From Stegostoma tigrinum (taxonomy: Eukaryota), in contig NC_081362.1 of assembly GCF_030684315.1 (NCBI RefSeq), positions 67,566,897 to 67,630,896 of the forward strand: a stretch of 64,000 nt of DNA, read 5' to 3'. Below, piece by piece: positions 12,770 through 24,526 of the stretch. The notes below the pieces were generated by a model. It saw nothing but the letters and a program-made list of their open reading frames with translations. It was not told the origin of the DNA and ran no database searches. Every line of letters begins with the position of its first letter. Position 1 is the stretch's first letter. Made by a program: the position numbers and the translations under genes.

Positions 12770-13110
12770 AACATGTCACTCACTACCTGTGTCAGAGTTC
12801 ACCGGCAACCCACGTCGTGGACGTGGACGTGCATGTCGCGCTGGAATTACCCTGGACAGATGTTGACATTTTCCCCAGATGTGCCAGACATGAATCTGGG
12901 GTTCTTCATTTTGCGGGCAGGGTACTGGAGGCTCAGTTGGACAGGACGGTGCCAACACAGGACTTTCTCCACCCCAAGAACTATTAGAGGAGGCTTGGAT
13001 ACCATACCATGCAAGCCTGGTCCAAGGACGCCTCGACTGGTATCAGAGGCTGACCTTGACTTACTGCCCCAGGAACACCAAAGCAAAGGCCTGCTGACAA
13101 CTATGGCAAC
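12770..13110 (+). mobile_element. Probable highly degenerate PIF/Harbinger transposase relic
   Basis: Across frameshifts the motifs G.PR..DV.HVAL, YPG, FILR, LL...GY..Q.W..TP and SEA...H occur in the order of the Harbinger DDE core. Confidence 0.4.
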
Positions 13111-13734
13111 TTTTCTGGTCCTGTTTCTATATCCAACAGTGAGGTAAGCCAGCAGAAATAAAAGCATGGTATTTCTAGCTGAGGGGACAAAGCATGAAAA
13201 GGCAAGACAAAGCAATGTAAGCTACGGGTGCTGTCAGCATTCAGGTAGGTTCAAAGTGAGTGAGTGCTTTAAGAGTGGTCAAAATCCCAGAGATACAGCC
13301 TGGTCTAGTCCATGATCTGAGTCTGTGTCCCTGAGTACTCAGTGTCCCAGCTACAACATTATAATAATAGTTGTGGTGCAGTATTGAATTGCAGAAGAAT
13401 CTTGAAAATAGGTCAGAAATATATTTCATTAGAGTTCATAGAGGATGACAAAAGTTAAGATCCCAATATCTGTTGATGCAGCTCGGTGGTCACAGCTCAT
13501 AAGGCTTGACCCAAGAAGTTGGTGCCCAGTTTAAAACATGGTGGTGGTGCTGGTGGTTTACAGCAAGTTGTGAGCTAAATCCACCAGATGCTCGCTTTGC
13601 TTTCCTGGTCAACTTTTCCTGATATTTGAACTTATTTGGTGAGTTTGGTAAGATAGGTGCCTGAATATTAGTAAGGTGAGTTGAGGCATTAATAAAGTGT
13701 TAAATTTAATTTATTTTTGTGCAAGGAGTCTTGA

Positions 13735-16097
13735 GTAAGGAATATAAGTTGAGAGAGCAAATTACCACACGGAGAAAAGATATCATTGCTATTACAGATA
13801 TATAGAGCGAAGGGCTCAATATTCTGGTACATAGGATCTTGTAAAAGAGGAGGATGTGTTGCAATATTTATCAAGGAGTCAATTACTGCAAAAAGAAGCT
13901 ACACTATCTTAGAAGGTTCCTAAATTGAGGCCATATGGATAGAAGATAAGATCACATGAATGGTACTCAAATTACTCCCAAATCGTCACGGAGAAATAGA
14001 AGGGCAGATTTTAGAGAAATTTTGAAGTGTGAAAAAAAGGGTAGTAATGGGAGCAATATGCAACTCCACTAATATTAACTGCAACAAATAAAGTGTAAAA
14101 GGCTTAGGGCAAGCGAAATTCTAACAATGTATCCAGAAAAGTTTTTAAAAGTGAGCAAGAACAAAGTCCTACTAGAGAGAGGATGGCGCTGCACCTAATT
14201 TTTGGGAGTGAAGACTGACAAGTGGTAGAAGTGGGGGAGAATTTCAGTGATAGTGACCATAACTCAGTAAGATACAAGGTACTCATGACAAAGAATAAAG
14301 GTAAATTGAAATAAGAATCTCAAAGTTGTTTTAACACAGGAGGTGGCCATTTGGCCCATCGTGCCTTCACCAATTCTATTGCCTAGTTTCAATCTCTGGT
14401 TTTTTGCTGCGCTCTATTTCTATCCAAGTAATCATCCAATGCCTTCTTGAATGCCTTAACTGAACCTGTTTCCATCACATTCCCAGGCAGTGCATTCTGT
14501 ATGCTAATTACTCATTCTGTGAAAAGGCCTGTACACCCATGTTTCATTTGAACATCACTTTAAATCTATACACTCCGAATCCTTAATGAGTAGGAAAAGC
14601 TTCTCCTTATCTACTCTATCTAGCCAACTCATGAATTTTATAACCTCTATGGAATCTTTTCTCAGACATTTTCTCTCCATGGAGAACCGCCTTACACTCC
14701 CCAATCCACCCTCACAACTGATCTGATTCTTGTCAAAAGAATTCACCTCTTTCCTATAATCTGGCATGCACAACTGTACACAATACTCCAACTGACGTCT
14801 AACAGCGTCTTGTATATGCTTAACATTGAGTACAAAAGCATGGAGAAAATGCCCTTATTAACAAAGCCGAGAGCACCATATGCATTAACTGCTCTCTCTA
14901 CCTGTCTAGGGACCTTCAATGCTCGATGCACATATATACATAGATGACAGGGTTGTTAAGAAGGCAAAGAGTGTTTTAGCTTTTATTAATAGAGGGATCG
15001 AGTTCCAGGACCATGAGGTTATGCTGCAGCTGTACAAAACTCTGGTGCGGCCGCACTTGGAGTATTACGTACAGTTCTGGTCACCGCATTATAAGAAGGA
15101 TGTGGAAGCTTTGGAAAGGGTGCAGAGGAGATTTACTAGGATGTTGCCTGGTATGGAGGGAAGGTCTTACGAGGAAAGGCTGAGGGACTTGAGGCTATTT
15201 TCGTTAGAGAGAAGAAGGTTGAGAGGTGACTTAATTGAGACATATAAAATGTCAGATATAAAATAATCAGAAGGTTAGACAGGATGGATAGGGAGACCCT
15301 TTTTCTAGGATGGTGACGGCGAGCACAAGGGGGCATAGCTTTAAATTGAAGGGTGAAAGATATAGGACAGATGTCAGAGGTAGTTTCTTTACTCAGAGAG
15401 TAGTAAGGGAATGGAACGCTTTGCCTGCAACTGTAGTAGATTCGCCAACTTTGACTGCATTTATGTTGTCATTGGACAAGCATATGGATGTACATGGAAT
15501 AGTGTAGGTTATGTGGGTTTCACATCAGTATGACAGGTCGGCACAACATCGAAGGCCGAAGGACCTGTACCGTGCTGTAATGTTCTATGTTCTATACTCA
15601 GGTCTCCCTGCTCTAGCACCCAATTTCGAATTGTAGTCCCTATTTTACACTATCTTGCCACCTATCTGAGCTGTGCACCAGCTTGTTAGTGCCCTTTTGG
15701 AGTTCCAAAGTAACCTCTTCAGTTTATAATTCTTCCAAATATAGTGTCATCTGCAAACTTTGAAATTGTCCCCTGCACACCAAGATCCAGATCATTAATA
15801 TATAGCAGGAAAAATAAGGGTCTCAATACCAACCCCTGGGAACGCCACTACCAACCTTTCTCCAATCAAAAATATCCATTGAGCATTACACTCGGTTTCC
15901 TGCCATAGAGCCAATTTTGTGACCACATTGTCACTGTTCCTTTTATACAACATGCTATAACCTTTTTCGCGAGTCTCTTATGTCGCACTGTATCAAATGC
16001 CTTCTGGACATCTAGGTACATCACACCAACAACATCACCTTCAGGTTCTGAATTGGGGGAAGAACAATTTTAATATGTTAAGACACGATCTGACCAC
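13735..16097. mobile_element. Nested CR1 cluster: old + strand endonuclease-region fragment (about 13735-14322 and 16043-16097) split by an old - strand CR1 (about 14330-14940 and 15596-16040)
   Basis: The + part shows GGCVAIFIK, VGENFSDSDHNSV and resumes at VLNWGKNNF. The - part encodes EYCVQL...CLRKDSIEVIKFM and RT motifs. Confidence 0.75.
14946..15595 (+). mobile_element. Young CR1 (HER1-like) LINE 3' end inserted in an older CR1
   Basis: ORFs 14919..15266 (LYKTLVRPHLEY.VQFWSPHYKKDVEALERVQRRFTRM) and 15310..15507, with a (tgttcta)n tail. Confidence 0.92.
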
Positions 16098-16104
16098 AAG
16101 GCTG

Positions 16105-16285
16105 CTCTCTCATTACAGAAAGAGAAACAACTGGTTGTGGTTTAACCTGAGGGTCACCACACCTGAGGCAAGGGGAGGTTAGGTAATAAATTCCTTCAAT
16201 GGTAATGTCAGCTGGTACATGAATTGAATTCACAGTGTTGACATAACTCTACTCACAAGCTAGCCACCCAGACAACAGAGCTGAG
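16105..16285 (-). mobile_element. Short SINE-like repeat (second copy at 53895-54105, + strand)
   Basis: ctctctcatta...gtttaacctgagggtcaccacacct is the reverse complement of catggtgatcctcaagttaaacc...taatgag at about 54012-54060. Confidence 0.6.
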
Positions 16286-16583
16286 GAAGAATCTTTTCAT
16301 CTGGAAGATGTTGGTGTCTAGATTCACTGTCTGAAAGGGTGGCAGAGGCAGGGACTGTTACATTTAAAAAGAATTGAAGTTGACACGTGAAATACCTTAG
16401 CATAATAAGGCTTTGGACTCAGTGCTAAAAAGTGGAAACTTGAATAAATAGGTATTTGATGACCTGTGCAGATTTAATGGGCTTCTTTGTGTGCTGTAAA
16501 AATCTATCACTCTAAAATTTCATAGCAGCCTCTGATGGACATAAAGGGGTCTGATAAATAGGGGAAGTGCAGAGAAACCTGCT

Positions 16584-16860
16584 GGGCTAAATGTCTATCA
16601 TGGGTTTTGCTGGCTTTGGTTTAAATGCTGTTTGTGGCAAGGTGAGGCTTTAAAAGGGGATATAATTTCCCACTTAAAGGTCTCAACTGCTCCACTAGTG
16701 GCCAGTCTGCTTAACACCATCCATGCTGTTGAAATAATTATGAAGATGGCAGGAGCAGGCAAGAAGGTTACAGGAAGGCTTCCCCCTGGATTGAGGAGTG
16801 GCCTCCTCCAAACCCCCCGAATTGGCCTTCAAACTGCCAGCTGTGAATTAAATCCAGCCC
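16584..16860. mobile_element. Possible non-autonomous DNA transposon (MITE-like) relic
   Basis: Imperfect terminal inverted repeats gggctaaat ... aaatccagccc around a GC-richer interior; similar ends occur at about 57318-58034. Confidence 0.35.
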
Positions 16861-18077
16861 CGCATCTATCTCTTCTCATCCCTTAATTCATAAATAGCCT
16901 GAGATCAAAGAGTTTTCCTCCATGACAGGTAGAAGTACTACATTTGCATCTTAACCTCACTTCATTTGGATCCTCTTAAAAATACAGAGCTCATGATATT
17001 ACACTTCCATTGTCATTACAATATTGCATTGTTGGCAGCCAACTATACCCCATCTCCATCTCCCCACAAATGCTATAGCCCAGCTGATGAACTAAATCAT
17101 CATCTTGGAGACAGAGTAAGTGGTGGTTTGGACCACGCAAATGAAAGGAGGAGGGTTTCAATGTCTCATTAAATTTAATTTCTCGCAAATCCCTTCCCAA
17201 ACTGCTGTATTTGGGTACAGCTGTGGGTGATATATAAATATTCTGGAAATGTGTTTACTTACCTTCAAAATGAAAGAATGTTAATGCAGAATATTGCTTC
17301 AGGAAATTAAACAGGAAGGTTAGGGCCATAAAAATAATGAGCTAAAATGACTTTTTCACAATTGGTGCTTATATTTTTACAATCATACTTTTGTCTTCCT
17401 ATTAATAATATTTAGAAAATAGTGAGATGTGGTCTGGATTTAGGAATCTTTGAATGGTAAATTCAAAAGGTCTTACCCAAGCCCCTTCCATCAATCTCTA
17501 TGCAAACTCACACTGCCATTCATCTCCAAAGTTACTCATCCTACATTGCAACTCATGGTCCTTGCATACTTTGACCAAGCAAAACACTTCACTGAGAACC
17601 AGTGAGCCATATAGTAACGCAGGGATAAGTGGAATTGTTGATAAAAATAAAAACACATATTCACAAATCCTGTTTCCAAAATAAGTTCCCCCAACTCCAT
17701 AAAAGCATCTGAAAGATCATTAAACTATCAAAACCAGAATATCTTCAAACACTTCACATCTCTTAATCTTTTGCAAGGAGTCCTGCATCATTGATAAAAG
17801 AAACCACAGAAAGAACGATTTATTACATAACCATTTCAAGTTATCAATCATACAAAGTCAAAGTTAGCAAATTCTCGCTAACTGTTAAAAAAAAAACCAC
17901 TTGCTAAAATAATTCTTTCACAAGGTCAGGTCTCCTAGTCACGCATTCATAAAGATGTACAAACTCCTTCTGGAATGGTGCTGCCTGCCTGGGTAGAAAA
18001 CATTGAGCCTAAAGTTATACATTTAGCGATAGAGCCTAAATATTGTAGTTACAGAACTGGTGGTGGGGTGTTACACA

Positions 18078-18632
18078 GAAACATAGAAGATAGGAGCAGG
18101 AGGAGGCCATTCAGCCTTTCGAGCCTGCTCCGCCATTCTTCATGAATATGGCTGCTCGTCCAACTCAATAGCTTAATCCTGCTTTCTCCCCAAAACCTCT
18201 GATCCCATTTAGCCCAAATGCTATATCTATTTGCCTCTTGATTACATTCAATGTTTTGGCATCAACTACTTCCCGTGGTAATGAATTCCACAGGCTCTCC
18301 ATTCTTTGAATGAAGAAACATCTCCTTATTTCCATTCTAAATGATCTATCCTGAATCCTCATACTGGTTCTGGTTCTGGTCCTGGACCCACCCACCATTG
18401 AGAACATCCTCCCTGTCCAGTCCTGTTAGAATTTTATAAGTTGATGTTTCAGGTCAAGATCCTTCTTCTGAAGAAGGGTGTGGACCCAAAACATCAACTT
18501 TCCTGCCCTCTGATGCTGCTTGGCCTCCTGTGTTCATCCAGCCTCACAGCATGTTATCTCAGATTCACCAACATTGGCAGTTCCTACTATCTTTGTAAGA
18601 ATTTTTTAAGTCTCTAGGAGATCCTCCCTCTT
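18078..18632 (-). mobile_element. CR1 LINE 3' fragment interrupted by a Penelope mini-insertion
   Basis: ORF 18165..18407 FRMEIRRCFFIQRMESLWNSLPREVVDA; the CR1 sequence resumes after 18611. Confidence 0.85.
18442..18593 (+). mobile_element. Penelope-derived mini-insertion with short inversion (family A)
   Basis: Short inverted arm followed by ctgaagaagggtgtggacccaaaacatc and the tail; 18-bp TSD with 2 mismatches (18424-18441, 18594-18611). Confidence 0.8.
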
Positions 18633-19563
18633 GTTTATCTGGGCCTAAAATCAGTGATATATTTTCTCTCTACATGTGCATTTGATCTAGTGGAAGAACA
18701 TTTTTTCCAATTTATTACTGCAGTATGATGTTGTATTATGCAAACATTTTCCTGATTCAACTATATGCAACAGATTTAAATGCACAAAGTACAGTCTGGC
18801 CCATCTGAAGGCATATAAATTCCAAGTTTCCTTTACAAAATGAACAGCACTAGGATTAATCTTTGATAAGATAGGCCAGGACAGAACACTTGTATGAATT
18901 ATATTCCAATGTAAAGAGAAGTTTGATAACATGAATTCACAATCCAAAAATAATATACAGAGATGCCAAAGGCTACAAGTGATAGGAGACAGATGTTTCC
19001 TACAGTTTTCCAACAAATTACTTGCACTTGCATTGAACTGAAGTTGAATCTGCACAGTTAGTAAAATGGCACCAAAGGTCACACTTTGAACATTCTGGCA
19101 CACTCTACTGCACTAAACACATTTTTACTTGCCTTCAGATTCAGAATAAGCTTTGATCCAGAACAGGAAATTTAAAAGGTCAGGATGACTTTTTTAAAAT
19201 ATGACGCCATGTAAGAATTTGCCGAGTTGTATATTCGCAACCTTCGGAATTGGTTTCAAATTATTACTGTGACTTTACAACTAAGTAGGATCCTGGTTAT
19301 AAGCACCAGTTTGGGAGTTGTCTATTGATACAAAAAGTCATGCTTCATGAAAATAAAAATGTTATTACTTGCTACACATTAAAATAAACTTAAATTTGGA
19401 AACAAAACTAACTGAGCATTTTAATCATACTTCAGTTTTATACTAATTACACTTCAGTTTTACAATGTTCAAAATTCAATATCTGAACTCACTAAATAAG
19501 ATATAAAAGCTGTCTTCGGATTTTTACATATTTAATTTTCTCTCCACAACATGTCAAAAGTTC

Positions 19564-21743
19564 ACAAAGTGCGGAGCTGGATGAACACAGCAGGCCAAGC
19601 AGCATCTCAGGAGCACAAAAGCTGACGTTTCGGGCCTAGACTCTTCATCAGAGAGGGGGATGGGGAGAGGGTTCTGAAATAAATAGGGAGAGAGGGAGAG
19701 GCGGACCGAAGATGGAGAGAAAAGAAGATAGGTGGAGAGGTAGGGAGGGGATATGTCAGTCCAGGGAAGATGGACAGGTCAAGGAGGCGGGATGAGGTTA
19801 GTAGCTAGGAGATGGGCGTGGAGCTTGAGGTGGGAGGAAGGGATGGGTGAGAGGAAGAACAGGTTAGGGAGGCGGGGACAAGCTGGGCTGATTTTTGGGA
19901 TGCAGTGGGGGAAGGGGAGATTTTGAAGCTTGTGAAGTCCACATTGATGCCATTGGGCTGCAGGGTTCCCAAGCGGAATACGAGTTGCTGTTCCTGCAAC
20001 CTTCAGGTGGCATCATTGTGGCACTGCAGGAGGCCCATGATGGACATGTCATCTAAGGAATGGGAGGGGGAGTTATAATGGTTTGCAACTGGGAGGTGCA
20101 GCTGTTTATTGCGAACTGAGCGGAGGTGTTCTGCAAAGCGGTCCCCAAGCCTCTGCTTGGTTTCCTCAATGTAGAGGTAGACACACCGGGTACAGTGGCT
20201 ACAGTATACCACATTGGCAGATGTGCAGGTGAACATCTGCTTAATATGGAAAGTCATCTTCGGGCCTGAGATGGGGGTGAGGGAGGAGGTGTGGGGGCAA
20301 GTGTAGCACTTCGTGCGGTTGCAGGGGAAGGTGCCGGCTGTGGTGGGGTTGGAGGGGAGTGTGGAGCGGACAAGGGAGTCACGGAGAGAGTGGTCTCTTC
20401 AGAAGGCAGACAAGGGTGGGGATGGAAAAATGTCTTGGGTGTTGGGGTCGGATTGTAGATGGCAGAAGTGTTGGAGGATGATGTGTTGTGTCCGGAGGGT
20501 GGTGGGGTGGTATGTGAGGATGAGGGGGATCCTCTTGGGGCGGATGTGGCGGGGCGGGGTGTGAGGGATGTGTTGAGGAAAATGCGGGAGACGCGGTCAA
20601 GGGCATTCTCGACTACTGCAGGGGGCAAGTTGTGGTCCTTGAAGAACGGGGACATATGGGATGTGCGGGAGTGGAATGCCTCATCCTGGGAGCAGATGCA
20701 GCGGAGGCAGAGGAATTGGGAATAGGAGATGGAATTTTTGCAGGAGGGTGGGTGGGAGGAGGTGTATTCTAGGTAGCTGTGGGAGTCGGTGGGCTTGAAA
20801 TGGGCATCAGTTTCGAGCTGGTTACCTGAGATGGAGGCTGGGAGGTCCAGGAAGGTGAGGGATGTGTTGGAGATGGCCCAGCTGAACTTGAGGTTGGGGT
20901 GGAAGGTGTTGGTGAAGTGGATGAACTGTTCAAGCACCTCTTGGGAGCAAGAGACGGCGCCGATACAGTCATCAATGTAACGGAGGAAGAGGTTGGGGTT
21001 TGGGGCCTGTGTAGGTGTGGAAGAAGGACTATTTCACGTAACCTACAAAGAGGCAGGCATAGCTTGGGCCCATGCGGGTACCCATGGCACCCCCTTTGTC
21101 TGTAGGAAGTGGGCGGAATTAAAAGAGAAGTTGTTGAGGGTGAGGACGAGTTCGGCCAGGCGGATCAGGGTGTCGGTGGAGGGAGACTGGTCGGGCCTGC
21201 GGGACAGGAAGAAGCGGAGGGCCTTGAGGCCATCTGCATGAGGAATACAGTTGTATAGGGACTGGATGTCCATGGTGAAAAGGAGGTGCTGGGGGCCAGG
21301 GAATTGGAAGTTCTGGAGGAGGTGGAGGGCATGGGTGGTGAGTTCCTGGACCAAAGGGGAGAAAATGGAGTCCAGAAGGTGGAGATGAGTTCGGTGGGGC
21401 AGGAACAGGCTGAGACAATAGGTCGACCAGAGCAGGCAGGTTTTTGGATTTTGGAAAGGAAATAGAAACGAGCCGTGCAGGGTTGGGGAGCAATAAGGTT
21501 GGAGGCTGTGGGTGGGAGGTCCCCTGAGGTGATGAGGTCATGCATGGTACTGGAGATGATGGTTTGGTGCTCGGGGGTGGGGTCATGATCGAGGGGGCGA
21601 TAGGAGGTGGTGTCGGAGAGTTGGCGTTTGACCTTGGCGATGTAGAGGTCAGTGCGCCATAATACCACTGTGCCTCCCTTGTCTGCTGGTTTGATGATGA
21701 GGTTGGGGTTGGAGCGGAGGGAGCGGAGGGCTGCCCGTTCTGC
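19564..21743 (-). mobile_element. Penelope-like retroelement (family A), 5'-truncated RT plus GIY-YIG endonuclease plus pseudo-LTR, frameshifted
   Basis: ORF pieces KIQKPACSGRPIVS, LFTMDIQSLYNCIPH, NNFSFNSAHFLQTKG, FKPTDSHSYLEYTSSHP and FTCTSANVVYCSHCTRCVYLYIEETKQRLGDRFAEH. The terminus carries CTGATGA...GAAACGTC. Confidence 0.95.
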
Positions 21744-22479
21744 TCACTTCACTTGTCGTATTATCAAAAACACTTGGAGGTCCAAGTATCTTGGCACATG
21801 CCCAGCATTAGGTTAACAATGTAAATTAAAACATTGGCATTGAATACATATAAAAATAGAAACAGAGCATAGTTGGAAATCTGACTAATAGAATGGACTA
21901 TCAAAAAATGCACAATTTAAACAGCAAAATGTAGCAATATCCACCATAATGTGATGAAAATACATATGCTGTGGAAAATCAGCAAAACACCCTTCTGTAA
22001 ATATATGTTGCTTGCTATTAAGGGCAAAATCAAACAACAGCTTGCAGCAGTAATTTAAGTTTAGTTCATGTAAATATGAACTTTCTGCATAATTATATTC
22101 CAATTGCCTCTATAAGAAAAACCTTTTTTTAATGAAGGTACTTATTTTTACTTATTTTTAAACAGATTTTATTCTCAAGAAAATTGTTTCTTTTTTTAAA
22201 AATGTGGATGGATTAAAAAAACTGGACTTGGTATTGAAATATTAAACAATTCTTAAAAAATTGACCATTTCATCTACCTGCCTTAACTGACCTGTTGCTT
22301 GAACCCTCATCTGTGCCTTTCATTCTCTAGTTACAATACCAACATTCTCATGCCTGACCTCCCACATTTCATCTTCTGCACATTTGATGTCCAAACCTCT
22401 ATTACAAGACCTTGCGCCAAGCCTCTTTGACATATTTTCTGTGCTCATTAACCTACAGTGAATATTCTTATGAAAAAAA

Positions 22480-22875
22480 GCCGAATAGGCTGTAATATTT
22501 AAGTTCAGAAGAATGAGACACCGCTTTACTGAAACACAAAAAATTCTTAGGGTAGATGCAGAAAAGTTGTTTCCCCTTGTGACAGTCCAGAGGACATAAT
22601 CTCAGAATTGGGGGTCACCCATTTAAAACTGATGAGGAGGCATTTATTCTCTCAGACATCTGGGGAATCCTTTACTGCAGAGTTGTTGAGGCTGTTTCAT
22701 AAGGATATCCAAGGCTCAGTCAGACAAATTTTTAATCAGTAAGAATCAAGGGTTAAGGGGAATAGGAAAGAAAGTGGAGTTGAGGATTATCAGATCAGAC
22801 ATGGTCGCATGGAATGACATAACAGACTCGATGGGCTGAATGGTCTATTTCTACTCCAATGTCTTATGGACTTAT
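22480..22875 (+). mobile_element. CR1 LINE 3' fragment
   Basis: Contains ttcagaagaatgaga and gatgaggaggcatttattctctcaga, and ends with gggctgaatggtctatttctactccaatgtcttatggacttat. Confidence 0.75.
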
Positions 22876-22889
22876 AGTAGCTCCCTTCA

Positions 22890-23260
22890 TAATTTTAAAA
22901 TTTTCTTCCTTGTTTTCAAATCTCTCTACGGCTTTTCCCATCCCTATTTATTTAATCTCAAGTCATACAACCCTCTGTGACTTTCAATTCTGGCCTCTTC
23001 CACATTCCTGATTTTCTTTAACTCCACCAAGGGCAGCCAGGCTATCAGCAGCTACCTGGGCCCTGATCCCTGGCATTTCCTCCCTGAATGTTTCCAGGGC
23101 TACTTCTCCTCCTTAAAGCCTATTTGTTTGAATAAACCCTTGCTCATTTATCTTGATATCTCAAGTAGCTCAGCATCAAAGTTTGTTTGATAATTGTTCC
23201 TGCAAAATGTCGTGGGAGGTTTTACTTCATTCACAGTGCTACATAATTGCAATTTGTTGT
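22890..23260 (+). mobile_element. L2-like LINE 3' fragment (similar fragment at about 28720-29150)
   Basis: ttttaaaattttcttccttgttttcaaatctctctacggc (FKI..LVFKSL.G) and cctgggccctgatccctggcatttcctccct (P..WN.LP-like) motifs. Confidence 0.6.
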
Positions 23261-23407
23261 CAGTGCTGAGGTAAAAGAAGAATCAAAATTCTAAAAATAA
23301 CTTCCAATGGGTGTTGGCAGTGATTGAATACATATTAATTTATCTTAATAGTGAAATCTGATGCAGGTAGTTTTGTCAAGAACTTAACAAGATTTAAGAT
23401 TTAAAGA

Positions 23408-24182
23408 TAATAAGGTGTAGAGCTGGATGAACACAGCAGGCCAAGCAGCATCAGAGGAGCAGGAAGGCTGATATTTCGGGTCTGGACCCTTCTTCAGAAA
23501 TGGGGGAGGGGAAGGGAGTTCTGAAATAAATAGGGAGTGACGGGGAGGCGCACTAAACAACTGCACCTCCCAGTCATGAACCATTTCAATTCCCCCTCCC
23601 ACTCGTCAGGCGGCATGTCAACCCTGGGCCTCCTGCAGTACCACAACGATGCCACCCAAAGGTTGCAGGAACAGCAGCTCATATTCCGTTTGGGAACCCT
23701 ACAGCTCAATGGTCTCAATGTGGACTTCACAAGCTTCAAAATCTCCCCTCCCCTTCCACATCCCAAAACCAGCCCAGCTCATCCCCACCTCCCTAACTTG
23801 TCCTTCCTCCCACCTATCCCCTCCTCCCACCTCAAGCCCCACACCCATCTCCTACCTACTAACCTCATCCCGCCCCCTTAACCTGTACATCCTCCCTGGA
23901 CTGACCTAGCTCCTCCCTAACTCCCCACCTACACTCACCTTTATTCGCTCTATCTCTGCCTCTTTGACCTGTCTGTCTCCTCTCCACCTGTCTTCTCCTC
24001 TATACATCTTCTGTCCACCTCCCCCTCTCTCCCTATTTATTTCAGAACCCCCTTCCCCTCCCTATTTCTGAAGAAGGGTCTGGGTCCAAAACGTCAGCCC
24101 TTCTGCTCGGCCTGCTGTGTTCATCCAGCTGTACACCTTGTTCTCCTAAAGGTTCTCCAGCATCTGCGGTTCCTACTATCTC
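23408..24182 (+). mobile_element. Penelope-like element 3' end (GIY-YIG C-terminus plus pseudo-LTR) with 5' inverted arm (family A)
   Basis: ORF KQLHLPVMNHFNSPSH...RLQEQQLIFRLGTLQLNGLNVDF; inverted arm about 23408-23536; 13-bp TSD taagat(t/c)taaaga (23395-23407, 24183-24195). Confidence 0.92.
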
Positions 24183-24410
24183 TAAGATCTAAAGAAACAG
24201 CTTTCCATTTTGGGTGTAAACCATGGCAACTAGCATAAAAGCCATGAAAGGAAAAAATTAAATTCTACCATTAAATCCGCCAATACTTGGGACAGAAATA
24301 TGAGAATTCACCACAAAATACAGGAGAATTTAAATATTCTAACACTTCAAAAAAAAAACTTATTAAACTAGTCCTTATTTAGAACGACTTAGAATAAAAT
24401 TCAAACTTAC

Positions 24411-24526
24411 CGAGTTGCCAACCATATTTTGGCCCTGGTACAAGATATGATGTCATGTAACTCCCGGGGAAGGCTTGAATTCATCCTTTGTTTTGTGTCA
24501 AAGTAAGACCGCAGTAAATGAAGTGC
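24411..24526 (-). CDS. THADA: THADA internal coding exon (116 bp, phase 0 to 2)
   Basis: The minus strand reads ttcatttatccag|GCACTT...GCAACTCG|gtaagt and translates to ALHLLRSYFDTKQRMNSSLPRELHDIISCTRAKIWLAT(R). This matches human THADA VFHLLQAYSDSKHGTNSDFQHELTDITVCTKAKLWLAKR as recalled. Confidence 0.93.

Noticed and set aside
20254-21668. Many overlapping Pro-rich and Gly-rich ORFs
   Set aside because: These are alternative frames of the G/C-skewed Penelope element, not separate genes.
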